DNA from: an archaeon
GTDB lineage: Archaea; Methanobacteriota_B; Thermococci; Methanofastidiosales; NM3
Reading direction: 5' to 3'
NCBI GenBank assembly: GCA_004212155.1
Contig: RXIG01000013.1
Coordinates: forward strand, 1-54,671
Length of the DNA stretch: 54,671 bases
Below are positions 29,214 to 37,738 of this stretch, one piece after another. The position numbers and the translations under genes were made by a program. Position 1 is the stretch's first letter. The number at the start of each line of letters is the position of its first letter. Under the pieces are notes generated by a model. It had not been told where the DNA came from. It searched no databases and saw only the letters and a program-made list of their open reading frames with translations.

Positions 29214-29355
29214 GCGGGGGTTGCCGAGCTTGGTCAAAGGCGCTGGACTTAAGATCTAGGCGTGCACTGTTGTGCACGATCGTCATCGGGAGTGCGTCTT
29301 TGGATAAGAAATCCAGTTTCGCAGGAATCCGCGGGTTCAAATCCCGCCCCCCGCA
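29214..29355 (+). tRNA. tRNA-Leu(TAA) with a 57-nt intron at canonical position 37/38 (29254-29310)
   Basis: GCGGGGG...CTGGA-CT-TAA-G|intron|A-TCCAG...GTTCAAATCCCGCCCCCCGCA. Bulge-helix-bulge (BHB): CTTA pairs with intron TAAG, bulges AG|A and AA|A. TATA box TTTTTATA at about 29181-29188. Confidence 0.93.
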
Positions 29356-29540
29356 CCTTTTTGCATTGCATCGTTCATTGCTTTTTTCAGCTTGTATCGT
29401 TGTGCAATCCCTTGGCGACACAAACCATTTGGGATGGGGCGTGTTATTTGTTTGCAGCAATTGAACGAAAAGGTGTTCTCATCAGGTCATGCATGGCCCC
29501 CATACACAATTTTTTTATACTGGCATGACGCCTTCCTTTC

Positions 29541-30347
29541 ATGGAGCTATTCGAGCTCATCCTCATTGGCGCGCTTCAGGGCGTATTCGAATGGCTTCCC
29601 GTGAGCAGTGAGGGGATCGTCTCCATCGTCTCGACGCAGCTTATTGGGGAGGATGTGTTGACGTCGGTGCATATGGCAATATGGCTGCATCTTGGCACCA
29701 TGCTGGCAGCTACTCTCTATCTTCGCGAGGACGTTGCCTCACTCGTCCGACAGGTGCCCTCATACATGTCAGGCCTGCCCCATGCGAGGCCATTCAGTGA
29801 AAGGGACAGCGCGCTTCTTTCGTTTATCATCATAGCGACGTTGTTTACCGGTATCGTGGGTGGGTTCCTCTATCTTTTTGGCATCAGGATGCTTGCGGGA
29901 TCGCCTCGCCTCTTCACGTTCATCATGGGCCTCGCACTCATTATTACCGGGGCGCTTCGTACCTATGGGCCAGCGCGGGAACGTTTCGCCGATGACACAA
30001 CGCTTGCCGATTCCGTATTTGTCGGCATATTGCAGGGCCTTTCGGTGATACCAGGCATTTCAAGGTCAGGATCGACCGTCTTTGGGCTCCTATACAGACG
30101 ATTTGATGCAAAAGAGGCGTTTCGATTATCATTTCTTCTTAGCATTCCCGCGGTCTTGGCCGCCAACATCGGCATAGAGCTCACATCCGGCATCGAAGTG
30201 GACGCGGGCATGCTCGTTGCCATGTGCGTTTCTTTTATCGTTGGTTACGTTACCATCGACATCGTGCTGCGCTTTGCAGCACATGTCCGTGTCTCGCTTG
30301 TCTGTTTCATCCTGGCCGCGATGCTGTTTGCGTCTCTAGCCCTCTGA
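29541..30347 (+). CDS. uppP: Undecaprenyl-diphosphate phosphatase (BacA family)
   Basis: QGVFEWLPVSS, LHLGT, QGLSVIPGISRSGST, SFLLSIPA. Confidence 0.92.
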   Translation: MELFELILIGALQGVFEWLPVSSEGIVSIVSTQLIGEDVLTSVHMAIWLHLGTMLAATLYLREDVASLVRQVPSYMSGLPHARPFSERDSALLSFIIIATLFTGIVGGFLYLFGIRMLAGSPRLFTFIMGLALIITGALRTYGPARERFADDTTLADSVFVGILQGLSVIPGISRSGSTVFGLLYRRFDAKEAFRLSFLLSIPAVLAANIGIELTSGIEVDAGMLVAMCVSFIVGYVTIDIVLRFAAHVRVSLVCFILAAMLFASLAL

Positions 30348-30431
30348 TACCCTTGGTCCGCCCCCTTAGTGGAAATGTTATTAAGATTCGATATACATAC
30401 TAATGGTGCTAATCATTTTGGAGATGATCAT

Positions 30432-31595
30432 ATACGCCGTATTGCTTTGTGTATAGCACTTCTCGTGCTCATATCACTTATCGGCGGATGCATTGGTGGC
30501 GATGAGGAATCGACAACAACGCCCGCCCCAACTACCACGCAGCCACCCGTCACGGACCGTGATGGAGACGGGGTGCCGGACGCCTCCGATGCATGCCCCG
30601 ACATACCTGGCGATCCTGCCAATGAGGGATGCCCCACCACGACACCACCACCGACCACCTCCGCACCGACGACGACCGCGCCACCGACCACCTCCGCACC
30701 GACGACGACCGCGCCCCCTGATTACTATCGCGTAACATACCATGATGCTGTCGAGGCCGATGTCTTTGGCCAACCATATATTTACAATGATGCCATTTTG
30801 AGATATTTGGAGGAGGAGTATGAGGAGACAGAAGAGTTCTGGGGAAAGTACAATTTGCACGAGTTGACCCTCTCATCTCTCAACGATCGTACGACTGATT
30901 TCTTCTATGGCGACGAGAATATCGTGATGCTCGCATCGGATGCCCTTTACATACCCGTCGACGATCCGCAATATTTTGGCTACTACTGGAACATCGATAC
31001 CGAGAAGCGCAAGGACCTCATGCTCAAGTCGCTTGAGGACTACGATGACGGATGGGGGACGTATCGCCTTCGAACTGGGTCGTACTGGCAGATCTACACC
31101 CGCGACATTATGGGGGGAAAGTCATACCAGGTAACGACAACGAACACCAACAAGGAAAGTCCTCGCCTTCATGGCACGAACGTCATATATTGTGAATACA
31201 TCAGGGATTGGGACCTCATGCTCGCTACGCTTACGGGAGGGAGTAACAGGACACTGTCAAATATGGACGGCGATGAGATAAAGCCTCTCATCCATGAGGA
31301 TCTCGTCGTCTTCGTGCTCGATAATGCAACGCCACACCTTTACTACATGTTCCTTGATGACAAGGATCCTACACTTTTATGCGAGAACGTGGGGACATAC
31401 GTCATCTCCGAGGACCGCATACTGTACTACGATGTGGAAACGACGAGATGGAACATCATCGTCTTTGACGACAAAGCCAGAAAACGGTTCTACACACCGA
31501 CTGGACGGGACGATACCGTCAACGTTGCGATATCGGAGAGCTGGGTCTATATCGATGGCACGGTCTATAAGATCAAGGCTCCCGGCGAGAGCTAA
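30432..31595 (+). CDS. Cell-surface lipoprotein with Thr/Pro linkers, a TSP3-type Ca-binding motif and a C-terminal beta-propeller-like domain; start codon uncertain (ATA 30432 or GTG 30369)
   Basis: RRIALCIALLVLISLIGG-C-IGG lipoprotein signal; DRDGDGVPDASDACPD; repeats such as PRLHGTNVIY, PLIHEDLVVF and ISEDRILYY. Confidence 0.75.
   Translation: MRRIALCIALLVLISLIGGCIGGDEESTTTPAPTTTQPPVTDRDGDGVPDASDACPDIPGDPANEGCPTTTPPPTTSAPTTTAPPTTSAPTTTAPPDYYRVTYHDAVEADVFGQPYIYNDAILRYLEEEYEETEEFWGKYNLHELTLSSLNDRTTDFFYGDENIVMLASDALYIPVDDPQYFGYYWNIDTEKRKDLMLKSLEDYDDGWGTYRLRTGSYWQIYTRDIMGGKSYQVTTTNTNKESPRLHGTNVIYCEYIRDWDLMLATLTGGSNRTLSNMDGDEIKPLIHEDLVVFVLDNATPHLYYMFLDDKDPTLLCENVGTYVISEDRILYYDVETTRWNIIVFDDKARKRFYTPTGRDDTVNVAISESWVYIDGTVYKIKAPGES
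30648..30713 (+). repeat. 33-bp tandem repeat (2 copies) encoding PPTTSAPTTTA
   Basis: CCACCGACCACCTCCGCACCGACGACGACCGCG at 30648-30680 and 30681-30713. Confidence 0.95.
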
Positions 31596-31764
31596 CACAA
31601 CGGGTGAGCGGAGGTCATAAGGAATATTGTTCCATGTTTTATGGATAAAATTTATATATGAAAAGCACAAATAGGATATGGGCGGGTTAGATACCCTCCT
31701 AAGGATCTTATCCTCACCCGTCCTATCCACCTTTTCTTTTTTCCCTTTTTAGCCTATTTTTAGC

Positions 31765-32322
31765 CTATCCTACTGGCAGCACTTCGCGTCCGTACGTCTC
31801 GTTGATCACCTGGGCTGCTGAGAGGTACAAGGCGCTACCGCCGCACAGTATTCCCTCAAATCCTGCGAGTTTGTGTATACCTGGTGAATAGACGCCGATG
31901 GCGAGCATGAAAAACAGTATCGTAAGCGTCGCGAAGACGACGAAGAGCGCGCGAGGCATCTTGAGGGTCGGTATCGTCATGTAGAGGGTAAATACGCCCC
32001 ATCCTGCCAGGAAGAGCGCAAGACCCGCATCGGGCACTATGTCGATATAGCCGTTGGTCTCCAAAAGCAGCATCGTTGCGAGCGCTAGCCAGAATCCGCC
32101 ATAGGCTGTAAAGGCTGTGGCACCGAACGTGTTGCCTATCTTGGATTCCCAGCTTCCGGCGATGAGCTGTCCCAACCCTCCGAAGAACAGCCCCATGGGA
32201 AGGATCATGCCCATGGCATCGCTTGTCACGATGCCGGAGTTAATGAAATTAAGCATTACGGTCGTCAAACCAAACGCGGCAAGTCCGAGGACTGCGGGAT
32301 TAGCATTCTTTTGTTCTTGCAT
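31765..32322 (-). CDS. satP: Acetate/succinate transporter, SatP/YaaH/GPR1-FUN34 family
   Basis: ANPAVLGLAAFGLTT, GGLGQLIAG, NTFGATAFTAYGGFW. Confidence 0.93.
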   Translation of the reverse strand: MQEQKNANPAVLGLAAFGLTTVMLNFINSGIVTSDAMGMILPMGLFFGGLGQLIAGSWESKIGNTFGATAFTAYGGFWLALATMLLLETNGYIDIVPDAGLALFLAGWGVFTLYMTIPTLKMPRALFVVFATLTILFFMLAIGVYSPGIHKLAGFEGILCGGSALYLSAAQVINETYGREVLPVG

Positions 32323-32563
32323 TTTTGTGAAACTATTTTATGTATATAAAAATCTTATTTCTTTTAAAATGAAATTATGGTGATCAGGTGGTCGAAGCCT
32401 CCGTGCAGTGGTGGAAAAAATGCCACACCCAATACAAACATTTATAAAGGCATGTGACATGCTAAGCCATACTCATTATCTTAGTAGAGGAGTGCCAGAG
32501 GATTTCCCAGGGTGTTCGCTAGTGAGAAGGTGTGGGTAATAACCGATAAAGAGGTGAACATCA

Positions 32564-32719
32564 ATGGGTTACAATGACCGAAGGCGAGACAACTTTGGCC
32601 CGCGCGAAATGCACAAGGCCGTTTGTTCAGATTGTGGCGAGGAATGTGAAGTTCCGTTCAAGCCGACAGAAGGACGACCAGTTTATTGCCGTGACTGCTT
32701 CCAGAAGAAGAGAGACTAA
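32564..32719 (+). CDS. CxxC-x17-CxxC small zinc-binding protein (51 aa)
   Basis: Not in the ORF track. MGYNDRRRDNFGPREMHKAVCSDCGEECEVPFKPTEGRPVYCRDCFQKKRD, with GAGGTGA SD and a downstream T-tract. Confidence 0.92.
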   Translation: MGYNDRRRDNFGPREMHKAVCSDCGEECEVPFKPTEGRPVYCRDCFQKKRD

Positions 32720-32979
32720 ATATCCTTTAGTTTCTTATAATCTTTTTTTGTTTTAAATTTAGGTTCGTTTCTATCCCCTCAGGAAGAAACGAATCCTTAC
32801 TTACCAATACTAGCTTAATAATATACGATATAGTAGAAAGAACCAAAATCAAGCGATGATTGCACTACAGCATCTCACCATCACTATACGGACTGTACGA
32901 TTGGATCGTACCGACGAGAAACGTTGGTATTACTTTTAGTGGAATCGTCATCATATTTACCTTAATGAGTTGTTACAAG

Positions 32980-34164
32980 ATGAAGTTTGAAGAATTAAGA
33001 TTGGATGGGGACCTCCAAGCGTCCCTTCACACGATAGGATTCGTGGAGATGACCGATATACAGGAGCGCACCATACCTCTTATCAGGGACGGACATGATG
33101 TGTTCGGACAGTCCCAGACAGGCTCTGGCAAGACCGCAGCCTTTGGTATCCCCCTTGTTGAGAAGGTGCAGAGGGGAAGGGGCGTGCAGGTGCTCGTGCT
33201 CGAACCGACGCGAGAGCTGGCAAAGCAGGTCTCAAGCGAGATGAAGAAGTTCTCTGCGAACAAACATGTCAAGATCGCCACCATCTACGGCGGCGCATCA
33301 TTCAACACACAGATACAGGCACTGAAAAAGGCCGAGGTCATCGTCGGGACGCCTGGCCGTGTCATCGATATGATGAAGCGGGGACACATCGAGCTGGAGG
33401 GCATAACAGCGTTCGTGCTCGATGAGGCGGACAAGATGATCGACATGGGATTTTTCGAGGACATGATGTTCATATCGGAAAAGATGCCCCGTGACCGCCA
33501 GACACTTCTTTTCAGCGCCACCATGCCGGACAAGCTCAAGCATCTGCGTTCCAAGTTCTCACGCAACGCACATACCATCAAGACATCGTCCAAGGTGGCA
33601 GAGGACGTACTGAAACAGTTCTACTGCGAGGTATCATATACGCGCAAGTTCTCCCTTCTGACCCACCTTTTGGAAAACGAGCGCCAAGGGCTCTCGATCG
33701 TCTTTTGCAACGCGCGCAGGGAGGCAGACGACGTCGCACGCAATCTCAAGGAAAGCGGCATCAACACGAAGTCGCTCCACGGGGGCATGCCGCAGAACAA
33801 ACGCGAAAAGACCATGCAGCAGTTCCACGATAAGAAGATCGATGTTCTCGTTGCCACCGATGTAGCGGCCCGTGGCCTTGATGTCAAGGATGTGACTCAC
33901 ATCTTCAATTACAGCATCCCTATGAACGCCGAGGATTATGCAAATCGCATAGGGCGCACCGCTCGTGCGGGGAACAGCGGCATTGCCATCTCGCTTTTGA
34001 GCAGGAACGACCACGATGCTTTCCGAAAGGTGCAGTCGACGTTCTCATACGACATCGAGGAGATGAATGCGCCGCAGTTCAAGGTACGTCCGTTCAGGAA
34101 GCACAATTATTCGTATGCAAAGGGCGGTGCCCGCGGGCGTTCACAGCGCGCATACGCGAATTAA
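32980..34164 (+). CDS. DEAD-box RNA helicase
   Basis: Q motif, QTGSGKT, PTRELA, TPGR, DEAD, SAT, ARGLD, RIGRTAR; ATG at 32980 (MKFEEL). Confidence 0.96.
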   Translation: MKFEELRLDGDLQASLHTIGFVEMTDIQERTIPLIRDGHDVFGQSQTGSGKTAAFGIPLVEKVQRGRGVQVLVLEPTRELAKQVSSEMKKFSANKHVKIATIYGGASFNTQIQALKKAEVIVGTPGRVIDMMKRGHIELEGITAFVLDEADKMIDMGFFEDMMFISEKMPRDRQTLLFSATMPDKLKHLRSKFSRNAHTIKTSSKVAEDVLKQFYCEVSYTRKFSLLTHLLENERQGLSIVFCNARREADDVARNLKESGINTKSLHGGMPQNKREKTMQQFHDKKIDVLVATDVAARGLDVKDVTHIFNYSIPMNAEDYANRIGRTARAGNSGIAISLLSRNDHDAFRKVQSTFSYDIEEMNAPQFKVRPFRKHNYSYAKGGARGRSQRAYAN

Positions 34165-34292
34165 CCGGTGCGTACAAAAACGAAACCAAACAAGCATCTG
34201 CAGCTATCACGGCATGTGAGCGCTGCATGCATTTTTTCCCTTCTGTTCAAGATCGGGATGGATCTTCATCCCATCATTTCTTAAAAAGCTGC

Positions 34293-34790
34293 TCATCCCG
34301 CTTCTTTTCCGTATACGCTTGTCGTAATTTCGGAGTTCTCGATGTAATCAAAGGGTATGACGTCCGTCCAACCTGCACGTTCGAACATGTTCATGAAGCA
34401 GACGCCGATGATCACGGTGTCATCAGAGCGTATGGCCTCGATCATCCTCTTGGCATCTGCGACATCGCATTTGTTCGGCATTGCAAGGCCCCCGAGCAAG
34501 ATGATGACGTCGACCTTCTTCGTTTGAAGGTCTGCTGACTCACCGATCTCCATCGAGTAATCACCCAACGATATGGAGCGTGCCTCCTCCAGATGCGTAT
34601 AGGGAACGTAGTACATATCAGCACCGGAGTCCCTGAGCACGTATAAAAGGAACTCGATGATAGGGGTGCACGTATGGGGCAGGCCGCTGTATACGATCGT
34701 AGCGCTGCGTGGAACGGCCTCCATTACCTTCCTGAACGACTGCAGCATCCCTTTGATGCCACGAGGGTCTGTGAAGAGCTCTTCCATCAT
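34293..34790 (-). CDS. DUF2124 family archaeal protein
   Basis: G..G.L..F, TCTPIIEF, ILLGGLAMP, IGVCFMNMFERAGW, IPFDY. Confidence 0.8.
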   Translation of the reverse strand: MMEELFTDPRGIKGMLQSFRKVMEAVPRSATIVYSGLPHTCTPIIEFLLYVLRDSGADMYYVPYTHLEEARSISLGDYSMEIGESADLQTKKVDVIILLGGLAMPNKCDVADAKRMIEAIRSDDTVIIGVCFMNMFERAGWTDVIPFDYIENSEITTSVYGKEAG

Positions 34791-35010
34791 TATCACCTGT
34801 ATGTCGTTTTCTTGATGAAGCGCCCTTAACTATTTTCGGGTATGTTTTCTCGTTAGCGTTGCATACAAGCGATGTGGCCAATGCGTATAAAAACGAGGAA
34901 TATATGTCCAATTGGCGCAAGCCACCTGTTCCAGATGACGGGCTCATTTCCTGTACGTGCCCCTTTTCACAAAAACCTTTAATACTCGGGCACATCGTTG
35001 TATCGATACG

Positions 35011-35958
35011 ATGAAGCATCTTACCATTGGCATCTTTGGAGAACAGGAACACGCACTGCTCAAGAAACTTGGCAACAAGGGCACGCTCAACGACCTTGAG
35101 TTCCGCAACGCCTCGGGCAACGACCATGTGTTCACGTTTTGTTCCCCGCGTTCGGAGAAGGTGACGTCGCTTCTCCAGGCCATCGGCGCCATCGACGTTC
35201 CTGTCGTCGTGTTCGAGGAACCAACACCTCAGCTTGGGGAGGCCGTGCTTGCGCTGGATGCGGCAGGATTTGATCATGGTGTGATATGCGTCTCCCCCTC
35301 GTTTGACAAAAAGCTCATGGACCGCATCGTTGGTCCCACATCGCTTTCCGATTACACGGTGCTTCCCCTCGACCCCGATGCGGTGATGGCGCATTTCCTC
35401 GATGACCAGCAGTATGCCTTACTGCTCCCCGATGATGGGCCTGTCAAGGTGCCTATTGACAATTACTTCCAGGTAAAAAGCGTCGGTACCGTTGCGCTGG
35501 GCACCGTCAAACAAGGCGAACTCGGCGTCTATACCAAGCTGCAGCTCTATCCCGACGGCTCCGAGGTACTGATCAAATCGATACAGTCACAGGACAAGAA
35601 CGTGAAGACGGCCACAACGCTTCAGCGTGTCGGTGTCTCGCTCAAAGGGGTCAAACCGGACGACCTCAAGCGCGGCAACATCATCGCAGAGAAGGGAAGC
35701 CTCACGGTGGCCGACACGATAGCTGTCGACATCTCGTACAACTCGTTCTCGACGCCCCCTAAGGAGGGCGACTCGCTCTTTGTTTCAATCGGCCTTCAGG
35801 CTCCTGTGGGAAGGGTCGAGGCCCTCGATGAGTCAATGATCAGATTCTCCCTTGAACGCCCTGTTGCATTCAGTCCGCATGACCGCGCCATCGTGGCCCG
35901 CACCACGCAAACGCCTCCGCGCATCGTGGGCGGCGGCACCGTCCTTCCGGCCGGATAG
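35011..35958 (+). CDS. SelB-like / EF-Tu domain II-III protein lacking a P-loop (archaeal SelBL type)
   Basis: LGNKGTLND, TPQLGE, VPIDNYFQVKSVGTVALG, IKSIQ, RVGVSLKG, RIVGGG; no GHVDHGK motif. Confidence 0.8.
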   Translation: MKHLTIGIFGEQEHALLKKLGNKGTLNDLEFRNASGNDHVFTFCSPRSEKVTSLLQAIGAIDVPVVVFEEPTPQLGEAVLALDAAGFDHGVICVSPSFDKKLMDRIVGPTSLSDYTVLPLDPDAVMAHFLDDQQYALLLPDDGPVKVPIDNYFQVKSVGTVALGTVKQGELGVYTKLQLYPDGSEVLIKSIQSQDKNVKTATTLQRVGVSLKGVKPDDLKRGNIIAEKGSLTVADTIAVDISYNSFSTPPKEGDSLFVSIGLQAPVGRVEALDESMIRFSLERPVAFSPHDRAIVARTTQTPPRIVGGGTVLPAG

Positions 35959-35992
35959 CGGCGACGGCATCGCATGCAGTAGTGTGAGAAAA

Positions 35993-36070
35993 TGGTCCCG
36001 ACGGCCGGATTTGAACCGGCGATACGTGGATCTACAGTCCACTGCCCTAGCCAGACTAGACCACGTCGGG
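35993..36070 (-). tRNA. tRNA-Tyr(GTA), intronless, CCA encoded
   Basis: Reverse strand CCCGACG...GTGGA-CT-GTA-GA-TCCAC...GTTCAAATCCGGC-CGTCGGG-ACCA; C1:G72 pair typical of archaeal tRNA-Tyr. Confidence 0.95.
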
Positions 36071-36158
36071 ATGAATTTTGATAGGTAAAGTTGTATTTTT
36101 AAAGGTTTCGGTTTTGCGTTGTTTGGGTAATATTGGGGGATTCAGGCGCCATAGACCG

Positions 36159-36914
36159 TCAGTATGGCACTCCCTGCTCCCACAGGTAGTGGAAGTTGCG
36201 TCTGCACCAGAAGACGAACTCCTCATCGATGCCGACGATGTAGTTGGTGAAGTCGAACGTGCCGTCCTTGTCAAGAAACGATATCTGCGCCTCATGCGCA
36301 TCGATGATGCGCCCATGCATGTACATCTGGCCGCTATCGACCAACCGTATCTGTATGTTGTGGTCGATCTGTTCCTCGATATAGCTGCGCGAGTCGTCCG
36401 ATGCGAGGCTTTGTTTCGCGTAGATGAACTTCACGGGTATCTCGTTGATCTTGTCCTTGATGAGCGAGAGGTCTATCTTGATGACGTTGGGCGTGATCGC
36501 ACGGTACTGGTGCTTGCATGCGAGCAGTGCGTCACGCTCGGCGGCGAGGTAGTCGGTGGGGATCATGCGCTTGAACGAAACGTGTTCCCATATCCCGAAG
36601 TCCTTGAGTATCATCGGGGGGATTCGGTGTATCTGGTGATGGGCGACGAAGTCCTCGAGCACCCAGTTGTCAAAGGATGGCAGTGACGATATCCTCGTGA
36701 TGAGGAAGTATCCCTTTTCCGTAAGCACGTAGCCAGTGCCGATCTTAGATACGACGCCCATCTTGAGCAGATTGTTGAGCTCTGCCGAGGTCGTCTGCCA
36801 CGACAGGTCCGTCTTCGAGGCGATGTCCTTGCTCCTTTGCGGAGCGTCAATCGACATCGATTTCAGGATTTTTATCCTGTTCTTGCTCGAAACTAGGTAA
36901 CCGTAAAGCTTCAT
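36159..36914 (-). CDS. Winged-HTH transcriptional regulator with DUF1724/FilR1-like C-terminal region
   Basis: N-terminal 'SKNRIKIL...TTSAELNNL...YVLTEKG'; 'HHQIHRIP'; C-terminal 'DGTFD...WCRRNFHYLW'. Confidence 0.75.
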   Translation of the reverse strand: MKLYGYLVSSKNRIKILKSMSIDAPQRSKDIASKTDLSWQTTSAELNNLLKMGVVSKIGTGYVLTEKGYFLITRISSLPSFDNWVLEDFVAHHQIHRIPPMILKDFGIWEHVSFKRMIPTDYLAAERDALLACKHQYRAITPNVIKIDLSLIKDKINEIPVKFIYAKQSLASDDSRSYIEEQIDHNIQIRLVDSGQMYMHGRIIDAHEAQISFLDKDGTFDFTNYIVGIDEEFVFWCRRNFHYLWEQGVPY

Positions 36915-36974
36915 ATTCTTACCGTGTATTTAAAAAAGAACCAACCATATAAGAATTGTGGTCGAATGAAGGAG

Positions 36975-37376
36975 ATGCGCCCAGTCGTAACATCGTTCCT
37001 TGCCAATGGCGGGGCATACCTTATTCTCAAGCGCTCTGACAAGGTCTCATCATACCGCGGCAAGTGGGCCGCGGTGTCGGGCTCGATCGAAGAGGGGGAG
37101 TCAGTCCTCGATGCCGCATACAGGGAGATACGTGAGGAGACAGGATTAGGTCCCGACCACCTTGACTACCGTGTTCAGGCGCCGGAAATACGGATTCCAT
37201 ACGGCAACATCACGTGGTGCGTCCATCCCGTGCTCTACGATTGCGATACGAGGGAGGTGCGGCTGGACTGGGAGCACACCGCGTATCGGTGGGTCACGCG
37301 TAGTGGGATCTCATCGTATGATACCGTCCCTGCGCTCGTAGAGGCGCTTGACATGGTCCTTGAACTCTCGGATTAA
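36975..37376 (+). CDS. NUDIX hydrolase
   Basis: VVTSFL, LILKRS, Nudix box GSIEEGESVLDAAYREIREETGL, LDWEH. Confidence 0.92.
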   Translation: MRPVVTSFLANGGAYLILKRSDKVSSYRGKWAAVSGSIEEGESVLDAAYREIREETGLGPDHLDYRVQAPEIRIPYGNITWCVHPVLYDCDTREVRLDWEHTAYRWVTRSGISSYDTVPALVEALDMVLELSD

Positions 37377-37738
37377 AGCCATCATATGTGCACAGACCCC
37401 CCACATATACCCGTACATTTTTCAGAGAGGAACAACAGATGTATACATGGGAACTGTCACGTACGGACAGGCGGTGGCGAACGCATCAATTTGCCTTCTC
37501 ACAGAAAGGCTTTTAAGAACATTGGTGCATCATGCTCAGCCTACGTCCCTATGGCGTTGCATCCGCCGGACCGCTGCCACTTCGCGACGAGGCCCACATG
37601 AAAAAAGACCGCCAGATATACGCAGGGCAAGGGCATTCATCTCGACGGTGATGCAGCCTGATGCGTTCGTGGCCAAAAGGTGCCTTCCAGTGACGTTGCC
37701 CTAAGCACAGTGCACTGGAAGCAGGCAGAGGTGAAAAA

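Noticed and set aside
29355-35993. Integrated element between the tRNA-Leu(TAA) and tRNA-Tyr 3' ends
   Set aside because: No integrase or transposase and no duplicated tRNA 3' end (att site) were seen; the genes are housekeeping-like.
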